From a virus, in IMG/VR virus record IMGVR_UViG_3300047373_000743, positions 10,240 to 74,239 of that record: a stretch of 64,000 nt of DNA. One strand, given 5' to 3'. Each line of letters starts with the position of its first letter. Position 1 is the stretch's first letter. Shown here piece by piece: positions 36,689-46,373 of the stretch. A program made the translations under genes and the position numbers. The notes under the pieces are model-generated. The model did no database searches. It was not told the DNA's origin and worked only from the letters and a program-made list of their open reading frames with translations.

Positions 36689-39241
36689 ATGAAAAAAGTC
36701 TCCACAGAGTTTTATGCAAACGATTTAACGGAGTTTATGTTGGATGACTTGTTACATGAAAAGTCCGATGTTAAAAAAGTAATCGGAATATATCCTGGTA
36801 GGTTTCAACCTGCCGGTCTTCATCACTATAAAACATACAAGTGGTTAGACAAACAATTTGATGAAGCTTGGGTTGCAACAAGTGATAAAACTGATACAAC
36901 AAAAAGTCCATTGAATTTTAAGGAAAAGAATATGATATGGAAAAAGCACAAAGTAAGAAATGTGGTCAAGGTTAAAAATCCATATGTATGTGCCGAGTTG
37001 CTTGAAAATTATGATCCAGAAACTACTGCGGTTGTTTATATCTTTGGAGAAAAAGATGCAGGTAGATTGAAAACAAAAAAAGTTGACGGAACACCTGGAT
37101 ACTACCAATCATATAAAAAGAATAAAAATAATTTAGAACCATATAAAAATCACGGGTATTTTATTGTTGCTCCCCATGTAAGCATCAAGGTGCTTGGCAA
37201 AGAAGTAAACGGAACATATATACGCGAACTTCTCGGTAGTCCGAAATACACAGATTCACAAAGAGTAGAAGCATTTGAGGAGTTGTTTGGTTGGTATGAT
37301 GAAAAAATTTATGTGTATTTGAAAAAGAAGTTTGCCACATTATTTGAAAATGAAGAAATCTTTGAGGGGTTTTTACACACATATCCTAAGTTTGAAGAAC
37401 TTGTTGATTCGTTTCCACAACTGTTAAACGAAATAAGTTCAATATCTGCAATGGGTGCTTCACTTGTAGATGATGGTCCAGCTGGATACTTTCCTGGAGA
37501 TTCATATGAAACTCACACTAAAAATCGCGCCGAGCAACTTGGATATGAACTACTCGATTATGTTGTCGGTAAATCTGAAAATACAAGAAACTCGGATTAC
37601 AGACATTGGGGTGATTATGCCGGACCAGTACCCTCGGTTTCTTTTTATCCCGCGGGTGATATTGATGTAGGAACTCCTACTAATCAAATTAATACGGAAA
37701 AGAGTCTCTCTGCACATGATCAATACACAAACTTCATTTCTAAAGTTGCAGAAACTGCGGGATATAAGTTAGTAGACTTTGTAGGTTCGGAGAAGTCGAT
37801 TAGAAAACAAGATAAACAAGGAGATGAAGAACTAACAGGTGGTCATACAATCGATGTAGAAAAAACAGAAGATGGAGAAAAAGAAATAGACACCGGAGTC
37901 GAGGGTCATTCGGTTAAAGAGTCGTGTGAGACGATACTCAATGAATATGCGGAATTATTGATTGAAGGAGGAGCAGCTGGTCACATGAGTCATCCATTTG
38001 ATGATAAAGATTTAACTTTTGCTGATTTAAAAGAAATGATTCGTAGGTCATTGGCAGGTGAACTTAATGTTGAAAAGGAAGTTACTGAAAAACTTGATGG
38101 TCAAAATTTAATGTTTTCTTGGAAAGATGGCAAGTTGGTCTCGGCGAGAAATCAAGGTCATTTAAAAAACGCAGGTGCAAATGCTCCAGATGTAACTGCG
38201 TTTGAAAACATTTTTGCGGATCGTCCTGAAAACATTCGTGATGCTTTCGTGAGTGCCGTCAAAGATTTAGAATCAGCAGTTTCAAAGTTATCTGATGCAC
38301 AAAAAAATAAAGTGTTTAGGGAGGGTGAACGATTCATGAACATTGAGGTTATGACACCTGCAACACAGAATGTTATTCCTCAAAATGTAGATATGTTGGT
38401 ATTTCATGGAACACAAGCATATGATTCCGCAGGAAAACCAGTTTCCGTAGATTCTGACGGAAACGATATAACAGGTGAATTAAAAGATTCTGCTCGTATG
38501 CTAAGTGGTATGCTTAAACAAATCAATGCAGATGTTCAAAGTCGTTATTCGTTGAATGCACCAATTGTAGTGGAACTCCCTAAAAGTAAAACATTTGGAG
38601 ATTCGTTTAAAAAATATTCTGCGATGCTTGACAAACTCAAAAAAGAATTTAAATTAAAAGACAACGATAAAGTAATGAAGTATCACGATGCGTGGTGGAG
38701 AAATCTTTTGAATAAGCAACAAAGCAAATTAAAAGAAATATTTCCTGCAAAGGTATATGAAGCACTTATAGGTCGTTGGGCATATAACGATAAATCAAAC
38801 AAAATTACAACGATTAGAATGGATTTATCAGAGCAACCAAAACTTCTTGCGTGGGTAAATAAATTTGAAAAAGAAGACATCGTAAAACAATTTGAAAAAA
38901 ATATGTGGCCATTTCAATTCATCTTTTTGAAACTCGGAGCAGAGGTCTTGCAAAATGTTAAAGGATTTGTAGCAGCGGGTGGAAGTGATGATATAGCAAA
39001 AGCACTCGATGCACATACTAAAACTTTAAAAGCAAAAAAGATTAGTTCGGTAGAATCTCCTGAAAAGTTTAAAAAGGATATTGCCAAACTCTTCAAAAAC
39101 CTTGATAGATTAACTGCGATTGGTGGAACAAAAGTCATCGCACCAAGTGAAGGTGTTGTATTTCAATATAAAGGTGGAACATATAAACTAACAGGAACAT
39201 TTGCTCCTATAAATCAAATTATGGGAATAATGAGGTTCTAA
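36689..39241 (+). CDS. Fusion of an HIGH-type (cytidyltransferase-like) nucleotidyltransferase, a linker and an ATP-dependent ligase-like domain
   Basis: N-terminal GIYPGRFQP..HH, SPLNFKEK, GEKDAGRL and NGTYIR. C-terminal EKLDGQN (KxDG), MNIEV, EGVVF and YKLTG. Confidence 0.72.
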   Translation: MKKVSTEFYANDLTEFMLDDLLHEKSDVKKVIGIYPGRFQPAGLHHYKTYKWLDKQFDEAWVATSDKTDTTKSPLNFKEKNMIWKKHKVRNVVKVKNPYVCAELLENYDPETTAVVYIFGEKDAGRLKTKKVDGTPGYYQSYKKNKNNLEPYKNHGYFIVAPHVSIKVLGKEVNGTYIRELLGSPKYTDSQRVEAFEELFGWYDEKIYVYLKKKFATLFENEEIFEGFLHTYPKFEELVDSFPQLLNEISSISAMGASLVDDGPAGYFPGDSYETHTKNRAEQLGYELLDYVVGKSENTRNSDYRHWGDYAGPVPSVSFYPAGDIDVGTPTNQINTEKSLSAHDQYTNFISKVAETAGYKLVDFVGSEKSIRKQDKQGDEELTGGHTIDVEKTEDGEKEIDTGVEGHSVKESCETILNEYAELLIEGGAAGHMSHPFDDKDLTFADLKEMIRRSLAGELNVEKEVTEKLDGQNLMFSWKDGKLVSARNQGHLKNAGANAPDVTAFENIFADRPENIRDAFVSAVKDLESAVSKLSDAQKNKVFREGERFMNIEVMTPATQNVIPQNVDMLVFHGTQAYDSAGKPVSVDSDGNDITGELKDSARMLSGMLKQINADVQSRYSLNAPIVVELPKSKTFGDSFKKYSAMLDKLKKEFKLKDNDKVMKYHDAWWRNLLNKQQSKLKEIFPAKVYEALIGRWAYNDKSNKITTIRMDLSEQPKLLAWVNKFEKEDIVKQFEKNMWPFQFIFLKLGAEVLQNVKGFVAAGGSDDIAKALDAHTKTLKAKKISSVESPEKFKKDIAKLFKNLDRLTAIGGTKVIAPSEGVVFQYKGGTYKLTGTFAPINQIMGIMRF

Positions 39242-39242
39242 A

Positions 39243-40661
39243 ATGAACTTAGTAGAACGAAACTTATCAAGAACTGCACGTAGAAAAATGGCACAACGTG
39301 CTAAAAAAACAGCAAAAAAACGTGCCATTAAACGAAAAGCAAGAGCAAAGCGGATGAAAACTCGTGGTCAATTAACTTCGGCGGCAGAGAAGCTAGCAAA
39401 GAATATTTTAGTTAAGAAAATGACTGGTGGTAAAAAGTATGGTCAACTTTCTATCGGACAAAAAGAGATGGTTGATAAAAAGTTAGCAAAAAAACCAGGA
39501 TTAATAAAAAAAGTAGCAAGAAAAGTTTTTCCAAAAATTAAAGCAAAAGAAAAAGATAGAATCAAAAAAGCAAGAGCATCTGTAAACGAAACTTCAAATG
39601 AAAAGCACGGAGTATTTACGATGAATCGTGGAGATGGGGAATTTAAACTATCTGCCAAATATGTTGATGGAAAACTGGTTCCGTATCGTTTCACCAAAGA
39701 ATCATCCGCAAAAAAACATTCCGACAAAGTCGGTGGAAAGGTTTTTGAAACTCCAACCGGGGGAGTTTTTTATGTAGAGTTCACTAAGTTAGATGGACCT
39801 ATAAATGAAAAGGCAACATCTAAATCCCAGCAAAGATTATTTGGAATGGTTCACGCATATAACACTGGTGACTTAGAAAAATCGGATGTAGATGACTCCT
39901 TATATTCTAAAATTGAAAAAATCGCAAGTGGTATGTCTAAAAAAGATGCAAAGAAACTTGCTAAAACAGATCATACTGATTTACCGGAGAAAGCGTCTGT
40001 GAACGAAGATGTTGAATACAAAAACGCAAATGAAATAAAGAAACAATGGAAAAAGGAATACCCAAATGATAAGTTTACTTTCAAAAAAATTCGTGCAAAA
40101 GGAAACGATTTTTTGATGGTATTATCTCCAAAGGGTGTTGAACTTGAAAAATATCAATTTGTACCAAAAACAGGATGGACTGAAATGAACGAAAACACAG
40201 ATAATGAAGAAGATTTGAAAAGTTTGAAAAGTATGTTGGATATAGCACAATTACTTAGTGATGAGAGTCCATATTTTAAGGGACGTGGTGGCAAGAAAGA
40301 ATACATCAAGATGTTAGTCCATAAAATTAAAAAGTTGTCCGAGAGTCACGAACGATTTCTTGAAATAATTAAAGTACCAATTGAAATTGGTGATACGGTT
40401 CTTGGGGGAAAATTTAAAAACAAAAAGATTGTGGTAAAAAGTATAGGTAAAAACGAAAAGGGTGACATAACTATCAACAAAAAACCTTTACTAAAATTTC
40501 GTATAACTAAACAAACTGAAAGTAAATCTAAAAAGAAAACCCCATTTTCAAAACTAGATGCCTACAAGAAAGTGCGTAAGTCAACAATGCCCAAAAGTAG
40601 ACCTATGAAAAGTAAAAAAGCATACGATAGAAAAGATTTTAAAAAGGGTAAGTATGATTAA
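39243..40661 (+). CDS. Basic multi-module putative head-internal protein
   Basis: K/R-rich N-terminus; short modules separated by VNE/INE/MNE (e.g. KATSKSQQRLFGMVHA). Confidence 0.65.
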   Translation: MNLVERNLSRTARRKMAQRAKKTAKKRAIKRKARAKRMKTRGQLTSAAEKLAKNILVKKMTGGKKYGQLSIGQKEMVDKKLAKKPGLIKKVARKVFPKIKAKEKDRIKKARASVNETSNEKHGVFTMNRGDGEFKLSAKYVDGKLVPYRFTKESSAKKHSDKVGGKVFETPTGGVFYVEFTKLDGPINEKATSKSQQRLFGMVHAYNTGDLEKSDVDDSLYSKIEKIASGMSKKDAKKLAKTDHTDLPEKASVNEDVEYKNANEIKKQWKKEYPNDKFTFKKIRAKGNDFLMVLSPKGVELEKYQFVPKTGWTEMNENTDNEEDLKSLKSMLDIAQLLSDESPYFKGRGGKKEYIKMLVHKIKKLSESHERFLEIIKVPIEIGDTVLGGKFKNKKIVVKSIGKNEKGDITINKKPLLKFRITKQTESKSKKKTPFSKLDAYKKVRKSTMPKSRPMKSKKAYDRKDFKKGKYD

Positions 40662-41010
40662 ACTCATGGATGCAGTTATCGGAACGGTGAGTGACAAAGT
40701 AACCATCTCTGTTCAAATCAATAAAACGAAACACGCAGGTGATCGTCAATCACGACATGATCATACGCAAATATCCGAGAAGGATATAATGGATGTTGCT
40801 GATAAAGCAATACCTGCTATTTCAAAAGCATTGTTGTTTGATAGAATTGATGTGGGTGATTATATCCATGTAAAAGATAAAAAAAGTGCATTAAATTTGA
40901 TCGGAATCCTTCAAGAGAAGTCTTCGTACAATCTTATGTTTGTGGTGATGACTGTTATGGTAAAATCAAACTTTGTAGCAAAACAGGGAACATATACGAT
41001 TGTTGTGTAG
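40654..41010 (+). CDS. Small protein, possible RNase-like (HAxxR...VVMTV) fold
   Basis: TKHAGDRQSRH..ISEKDI..FVVMTVM. Confidence 0.5.
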   Translation: MIKLMDAVIGTVSDKVTISVQINKTKHAGDRQSRHDHTQISEKDIMDVADKAIPAISKALLFDRIDVGDYIHVKDKKSALNLIGILQEKSSYNLMFVVMTVMVKSNFVAKQGTYTIVV

Positions 41011-41021
41011 GTAGGTGAAAC

Positions 41022-41423
41022 ATGATCAAGTTAAATGGTAACATTTATTTGGATGAGATGGAAATAGACCGAGTTGTAGGTGATACAGCAAGTCGATTCA
41101 GAACATCACATCGTGCAATTCTCCCACGTCAAATAACATACCTTGATCGTGAGTTCGTTGAAGCAATTAACGATGAAGCAAAAAACGCATCGTTATGTGC
41201 TTATTATCTGTATGGTTACGGAGAACAATACGCATCCGTTTGCAATATAATAAACGCAATTTCGGATAGATTCAGAAAAAAAGAAGAGTGTTGTAACAAG
41301 TTATATTTTATGCAATATGACTTAACAGACACCCAGCGGAAGAAGCATAGAACTCAATACGAAAACTTTTTAATAAATATTTTCCTTGAAGAGTGTATAT
41401 TAAATTTTAAAAAGTTATCATAG
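41022..41423 (+). CDS. Hypothetical protein
   Basis: AGGTG SD; clean ORF. Confidence 0.65.
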   Translation: MIKLNGNIYLDEMEIDRVVGDTASRFRTSHRAILPRQITYLDREFVEAINDEAKNASLCAYYLYGYGEQYASVCNIINAISDRFRKKEECCNKLYFMQYDLTDTQRKKHRTQYENFLINIFLEECILNFKKLS

Positions 41424-41426
41424 TAT

Positions 41427-41455
41427 TTGACAAATCATCAAAAAAATGGAATAAT
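41427..41455 (+). promoter_or_regulatory. Sigma70-type promoter
   Basis: TTGACA-17 nt-AATAAT with TG extension; ATG 41462. Confidence 0.55.
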
Positions 41456-41461
41456 AAAGTT

Positions 41462-42088
41462 ATGGCTAAAATGGATAAAGAAGATTTAAAACACGTGATT
41501 AAACGTTCACGGAAGTTGTTCAAAGGAGAGGAAATACCCAAAGTACATGGTTATGAAGGAGAAGTTGAAGAACTTGTAATCCGTCAGCCGGGTGAAGTCT
41601 GGACAGATAAAGATGGAAAAGAATGGAAACAGGTCGGCACAAACACAAAAACAAGGACCGAAACGGTAATGGACAAAATTAGAAAGTTATCAAGATCAGC
41701 ACCAAATTGTCCCAAAGAAGTTTGCACGTGTGATACCACTAAGTTTTTAGATAAAAGAATGGTAGCAATGAAAGGGTTGTGTTTTGATTGTGTACAGGAA
41801 AAAGAGCAGAAGTTAAAAGACGAAGGAAAATATGATGCGTATGAAAAAAAGACTATGCTTGAAAATGAGAAAAGTTTTTTACTAGATGCCAAGATTAAAA
41901 TGGCAGAATCAAAGCATTACATTGAAAATGATCCTCAATTTTTAAACGAAGATGGTTCACTTGAACAGTGGAATATACCAGAAAAAGGTAAGTTGATGGA
42001 AGATTTAAACTCGGATATTAAAGAAGTCGAAGATAGAATTAGTGGAATTGAAAAAGAACTTGAAGAGTTTGTTGATATAAAATTTTAA
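41462..42088 (+). CDS. Hypothetical protein with Cys cluster (putative Zn finger)
   Basis: GEVWTDKDGKEW; CPKEVCTC..CFDC. Confidence 0.7.
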   Translation: MAKMDKEDLKHVIKRSRKLFKGEEIPKVHGYEGEVEELVIRQPGEVWTDKDGKEWKQVGTNTKTRTETVMDKIRKLSRSAPNCPKEVCTCDTTKFLDKRMVAMKGLCFDCVQEKEQKLKDEGKYDAYEKKTMLENEKSFLLDAKIKMAESKHYIENDPQFLNEDGSLEQWNIPEKGKLMEDLNSDIKEVEDRISGIEKELEEFVDIKF

Positions 42089-42116
42089 AAGTTTCAACGA
42101 TACCTTGAAACTTTTT
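42087..42116 (+). terminator. Intrinsic terminator
   Basis: AAAAGTTTCAA-CGATACC-TTGAAACTTTTT. Confidence 0.65.
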
Positions 42117-42141
42117 ATATTATAGAAAATTAAATACATAT

Positions 42142-42149
42142 ATATTTAT
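42142..42149 (+). promoter_or_regulatory. ATATTTAT putative late promoter box
   Basis: 5 nt before the terminase ATG. Confidence 0.6.
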
Positions 42150-42154
42150 CCTTA

Positions 42155-43756
42155 ATGGCAGACGGACAGAAAGTGCCCTTAAGGGAAATAATAAAACAGG
42201 AATATACTGAGTGTTTGAAATCACCTTCGTACTTTATGAAAAAGTACTGCAAAATTCAACATCCAACTCTTGGCACAATTCCGTTTGCTTTATACGATTT
42301 CCAGGATAAAACATTAGAAAGTTTTCGTGACGAACAATTCAATATAGTTCTCAAAGCTAGGCAAATGGGAATTTCTACATTAGTATCTGGATATGCGTTG
42401 TGGCTAATGACATTTTTCACAGACAAATCTATTTTATGTATTGCTATTAACCAAGAAACTGCAAAGAATGTTGTTACTAAGGTAACTCATATGTCTGAGA
42501 ATTTACCAAGTTGGTTACGAAGTGAGAGTACTGAAAAAAATAAACTCAGTATGAAATTTAAAAACGGAAGCAGTATACGGGCTGCTCCTGCAACCGCAGA
42601 TGCTTCTCGTTCGTCATCTTTGAGTTTACTTATTGTGGACGAGTGTGCGTTTATTCAGAATATGGAAGATATATGGACTGCATCACAATCAACGATTACA
42701 ACAGGTGGTTGTTCTATTCTTCTTTCAACTCCAAACGGAATTGGTAACTTTTTCCACAAAACCTGGGTCGGTTCAATGGACGGATCAAACGAATTTAATC
42801 CGATCAAACTTCATTGGAATTTACATCCAGACCGGGATCAAACGTGGAGAGATGCTCAAACTAAACTACTTGGAGAAAAAGAAGCAGCTCAAGAGTGTGA
42901 TTGTGATTTTATAAGCAGTGGTCGTTCTGTGGTAGATGCAACTTTAATTGAATGGTATAAAGAAACTTTAATACGAGACCCTATCGAAAAACGAGGAGCA
43001 AATAAAGAATACTGGATATGGGAATATCCAAATCATACCAAGGATTATGTAATAGCAGCTGATGTTGCAAGGGGGGATGGACGAGACAAAAGTGCATTTC
43101 ATGTATTTGATGTAGAAAATGTCCGACAAGTTGCTGAATTCAAAGGAGAAGTAGAAACTAAAGACTTTGGGAATCTCCTTGTTGCAGTTGCAAGTGAGTT
43201 TAATGGAGCATTGCTTGTGGTAGAAAATGCCAATATAGGATGGGCTGTACTTCAGCAAATTATAGATAAAGGATATAATAATTTGTATTACACACAACGA
43301 GATTATCAGTATATAGATGAGTTTTCTCAACACACGAACAAACTTAGTCGTATGGAAAAAAATCAAGTTCCTGGTTTCACTACCTCCATAAAAACCCGAC
43401 CTTTGATTATAAGTAAAATGGAGAGTTATCTACGTGAAAAAGAAGTAGAAATATTATCCGAACGAACTATGGAAGAGCTATTCACATTTGTGTGGAGTGG
43501 ACAAAAAGCAGAAGCAATGCAAGGATACAACGATGACCTTGTTATGAGTTTGTGCATTGCATTGTGGGTTCGTGACACGGCTCTGAGGTTTAGGTCAGAG
43601 AACATAGAAACACAAAAATCATTATTTGACTATATGGGAAGTACTACGAACATGGATGCGGGTGCAAACTATAGGAATTCAGGATTACAATCAAATCCAT
43701 ATGAAATGAAGAACCCACACGGTGGAACAGAAAATTTAGACTGGTTGCTTAAATAA
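42155..43756 (+). CDS. gp17: Terminase large subunit (T4 gp17-like)
   Basis: KARQMGIST, LIVDECAF, STPNG, ADVARGDGRD and DDLVMS. Confidence 0.95.
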   Translation: MADGQKVPLREIIKQEYTECLKSPSYFMKKYCKIQHPTLGTIPFALYDFQDKTLESFRDEQFNIVLKARQMGISTLVSGYALWLMTFFTDKSILCIAINQETAKNVVTKVTHMSENLPSWLRSESTEKNKLSMKFKNGSSIRAAPATADASRSSSLSLLIVDECAFIQNMEDIWTASQSTITTGGCSILLSTPNGIGNFFHKTWVGSMDGSNEFNPIKLHWNLHPDRDQTWRDAQTKLLGEKEAAQECDCDFISSGRSVVDATLIEWYKETLIRDPIEKRGANKEYWIWEYPNHTKDYVIAADVARGDGRDKSAFHVFDVENVRQVAEFKGEVETKDFGNLLVAVASEFNGALLVVENANIGWAVLQQIIDKGYNNLYYTQRDYQYIDEFSQHTNKLSRMEKNQVPGFTTSIKTRPLIISKMESYLREKEVEILSERTMEELFTFVWSGQKAEAMQGYNDDLVMSLCIALWVRDTALRFRSENIETQKSLFDYMGSTTNMDAGANYRNSGLQSNPYEMKNPHGGTENLDWLLK

Positions 43757-43781
43757 ACAAAAAACATTAGGAGACAATAAC

Positions 43782-44390
43782 ATGAAGAAAACGCCGAATA
43801 TACTCATAGCATTGGGATTACTATTTTTTACAGGAGGTTGTGCAACACAATCATTACTACCTACCCGTGGAGTATACACGGAGTCTTCGTTTGAAACTTA
43901 TGTGCAGGTAGAAAGTGTGGTTGATAAAATCATAGTCGGAGAAACCAAGTACTCAGATTTGGTTAATATGGGTCTTGATTTGGAAAACATACCTAATGTT
44001 AAAAAACTTACATACCTTGATGTAATGAGTAAGTTTAAGTTGGATAGTCCGTCACGATTTACTTTGTTTAATAAAATAGAGTTGCCAAGTGGTGTTCTCA
44101 AAACGTTGGCTGCAAGAGAGTCCGGCCTTGCATATGAAATAAATCTAGAAAGACTTAAAAATAAACGTGAGGGAAGTGTATTTTTAGATATGCTTAATTT
44201 TAGAAAAACGGTTCATACAACAGGGTGGAATATAAGTGTGTTGATTTTGATTGTAGATGACACCGTTGAATATGTTTTGTATTCTGGTGAAAAAAATATT
44301 GATCGTTTGGAAAAGGAAAAAAATCCACTAGGACCATTTCAGGGGTTTGATGGTGGGGATATCATTGGGGCTGCAAGTGATTTACAATAA
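43782..44390 (+). CDS. Lipoprotein
   Basis: Signal peptide MKK-hydrophobic-TGGC lipobox; SD TAGGAG. Confidence 0.75.
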   Translation: MKKTPNILIALGLLFFTGGCATQSLLPTRGVYTESSFETYVQVESVVDKIIVGETKYSDLVNMGLDLENIPNVKKLTYLDVMSKFKLDSPSRFTLFNKIELPSGVLKTLAARESGLAYEINLERLKNKREGSVFLDMLNFRKTVHTTGWNISVLILIVDDTVEYVLYSGEKNIDRLEKEKNPLGPFQGFDGGDIIGAASDLQ

Positions 44391-44400
44391 TATATATTAG

Positions 44401-44429
44401 TTGACATATACATATATATTTCATACAAT
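44401..44429 (+). promoter_or_regulatory. Sigma70-type promoter upstream of portal
   Basis: TTGACA-17 nt-TACAAT. Confidence 0.65.
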
Positions 44430-44451
44430 CATACACTTATAAATTTATATT

Positions 44452-46311
44452 ATGGCAGATGACCCAACACAACAAAACAAATTCTTCGGTGCATTAAAAC
44501 GACTTTTCTCAAGTGGAGTAGTTGTTCGCAATGTAGGTGGTAAGAAACTGAAAGTAGCAGATACTGATAATTTACAATATTCAAAACGAACCCGTGATAA
44601 GTATCAACGGATGCACACTATGTATAGTGATTATGCAAGTGGTTTCAACAATCTAGGGTTTCAGGCCGCACGACTTGAGTTGTTTAGTGATTATGAAGTA
44701 ATGGATACTGATCCTATTATTTCAAGTGCATTAGACATTTATGCCGATGAATCTACTACAAAAAGTGAGTTTGGTGAAATTTTAAAAATTTCAAGTTCCG
44801 ATTCAAATGTTAAAGGTATTCTTGAAAATTTATTTTATGATATATTGAATGTTGAATTTAATTTATGGGGTTGGATTCGTAATATGTGTAAGTATGGAGA
44901 TTTTTATCTGCATCTTGAGATTGAACCTGAGTATGGAGTATTGAATGTTAAACCAATTTCAACCTACGAAATGACTCGTATAGAAGATATGGATCCTGAT
45001 AACCCACAACTCGTAATGTTCAAACAGGAAGGTACGACTAAGGCACAATACGACAATTATGAAATAGCACACTTTCGGCTGCTAGGTGACACCAATTATC
45101 TTCCTTACGGAAAGAGTATGGTAGAAGCCGCACGAAGAGGTTGGAAGCAACTTCAACTTATGGAAGATGCGATGCTCATTCATAGAATTATGAGAGCACC
45201 TGAGAAAAGAATGTTTTATATTGACATTGGTAATATTCCACCGAATGAAGTTGATAACTTTATGCAGAAGGTTATCAATAAAATGAAAAAAGTTCCATTC
45301 GTTGATGAAAAAACAGGTGACTATAATCTTAAGTTTAATTTACAAAACATGACCGAAGATTTCTTTATGCCGGTTCGTGGTGGTGACAGTGGAACTCGGA
45401 TTGAAAATTTGGGTGCTATGACTTATGATGGAACAGAAGACATTGAGTATGTCAAAAACAAAATGATGGCTGCACTTAAAGTTCCAAAAGCATTTTTAGG
45501 ATACGATGAAAGTATAACAGGTAAAGCAACTTTAGCTGCAGAAGACATTCGTTTCGCACGAACAATTGAAAGATTACAAAGAATCACGATCAGTGAGCTC
45601 ACGAAGATTGCAATTGTTCATTTGTATTCACAGGGATATAAAGATGCAAAGTTAGTAGACTTTAGTTTAAAGTTGACTAATCCATCTACAATTTTTGAAG
45701 AAGAACGGGTTAGAATTTTGTCAGAAAAATTAAGCACCGCGCGTGATATGATAGACGCAAAAATGTTTTCAAAAGATTGGGTATATGATAAAATATTTGG
45801 TCTTGCTGACGATGAAGTCAATGAAATTAGAAGTAATTTTATTGATGATGCAAAAGAATATTATAGATTAGAAAGCATTCAAAACGAAGGAAACGATCCT
45901 GCTGACCCAAATCAACCAGACGAAGAAGGAGATGATGACGGGTGGGGATTTGGTGAGTTTGATAAAATGACAGACGAAGAAAAAGAAGCAGTTCATAAAC
46001 GAAAAAAAGAAGAAAAGAAACGCAAAAACGCAGGAAACAAATATGATCATCCGGATGACAAACCGTTTGGTCGTGATTCCATTGGGGCAGATGACCGAAG
46101 AAACAACGGCCGAGATTGGGGGGATAGTCCTTTAAAATTAGAAACAGACCTGTCAAAACTTGACAAATTTCTTACAAACAAGCAAAAAGTTTCACATAAA
46201 AAGCCTACCGAAATGACCAAATTAATCTGCGAAGAAGACCCAAATACAGAGACCCCCACGACCAAAACTACACCAAGTTATTTAGACGATAAAAATATAA
46301 TAGAAAAATAA
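44452..46311 (+). CDS. gp20: Portal protein (T4 gp20-like)
   Basis: ALDIYADE, LMEDAMLIHRIMRAPEKRMFYIDIGN, EDFFMPVRG and ALKVPK. Confidence 0.95.
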   Translation: MADDPTQQNKFFGALKRLFSSGVVVRNVGGKKLKVADTDNLQYSKRTRDKYQRMHTMYSDYASGFNNLGFQAARLELFSDYEVMDTDPIISSALDIYADESTTKSEFGEILKISSSDSNVKGILENLFYDILNVEFNLWGWIRNMCKYGDFYLHLEIEPEYGVLNVKPISTYEMTRIEDMDPDNPQLVMFKQEGTTKAQYDNYEIAHFRLLGDTNYLPYGKSMVEAARRGWKQLQLMEDAMLIHRIMRAPEKRMFYIDIGNIPPNEVDNFMQKVINKMKKVPFVDEKTGDYNLKFNLQNMTEDFFMPVRGGDSGTRIENLGAMTYDGTEDIEYVKNKMMAALKVPKAFLGYDESITGKATLAAEDIRFARTIERLQRITISELTKIAIVHLYSQGYKDAKLVDFSLKLTNPSTIFEEERVRILSEKLSTARDMIDAKMFSKDWVYDKIFGLADDEVNEIRSNFIDDAKEYYRLESIQNEGNDPADPNQPDEEGDDDGWGFGEFDKMTDEEKEAVHKRKKEEKKRKNAGNKYDHPDDKPFGRDSIGADDRRNNGRDWGDSPLKLETDLSKLDKFLTNKQKVSHKKPTEMTKLICEEDPNTETPTTKTTPSYLDDKNIIEK

Positions 46312-46329
46312 TTAGTTAAAATCTATTTT

Positions 46330-46343
46330 ATATTTATATTTAT
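46330..46343 (+). promoter_or_regulatory. Tandem ATATTTAT putative late boxes
   Basis: Copies at 46330 and 46336. Confidence 0.6.
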
Positions 46344-46373
46344 ACTCGTATATATACATAAGCAAGCATTAGT

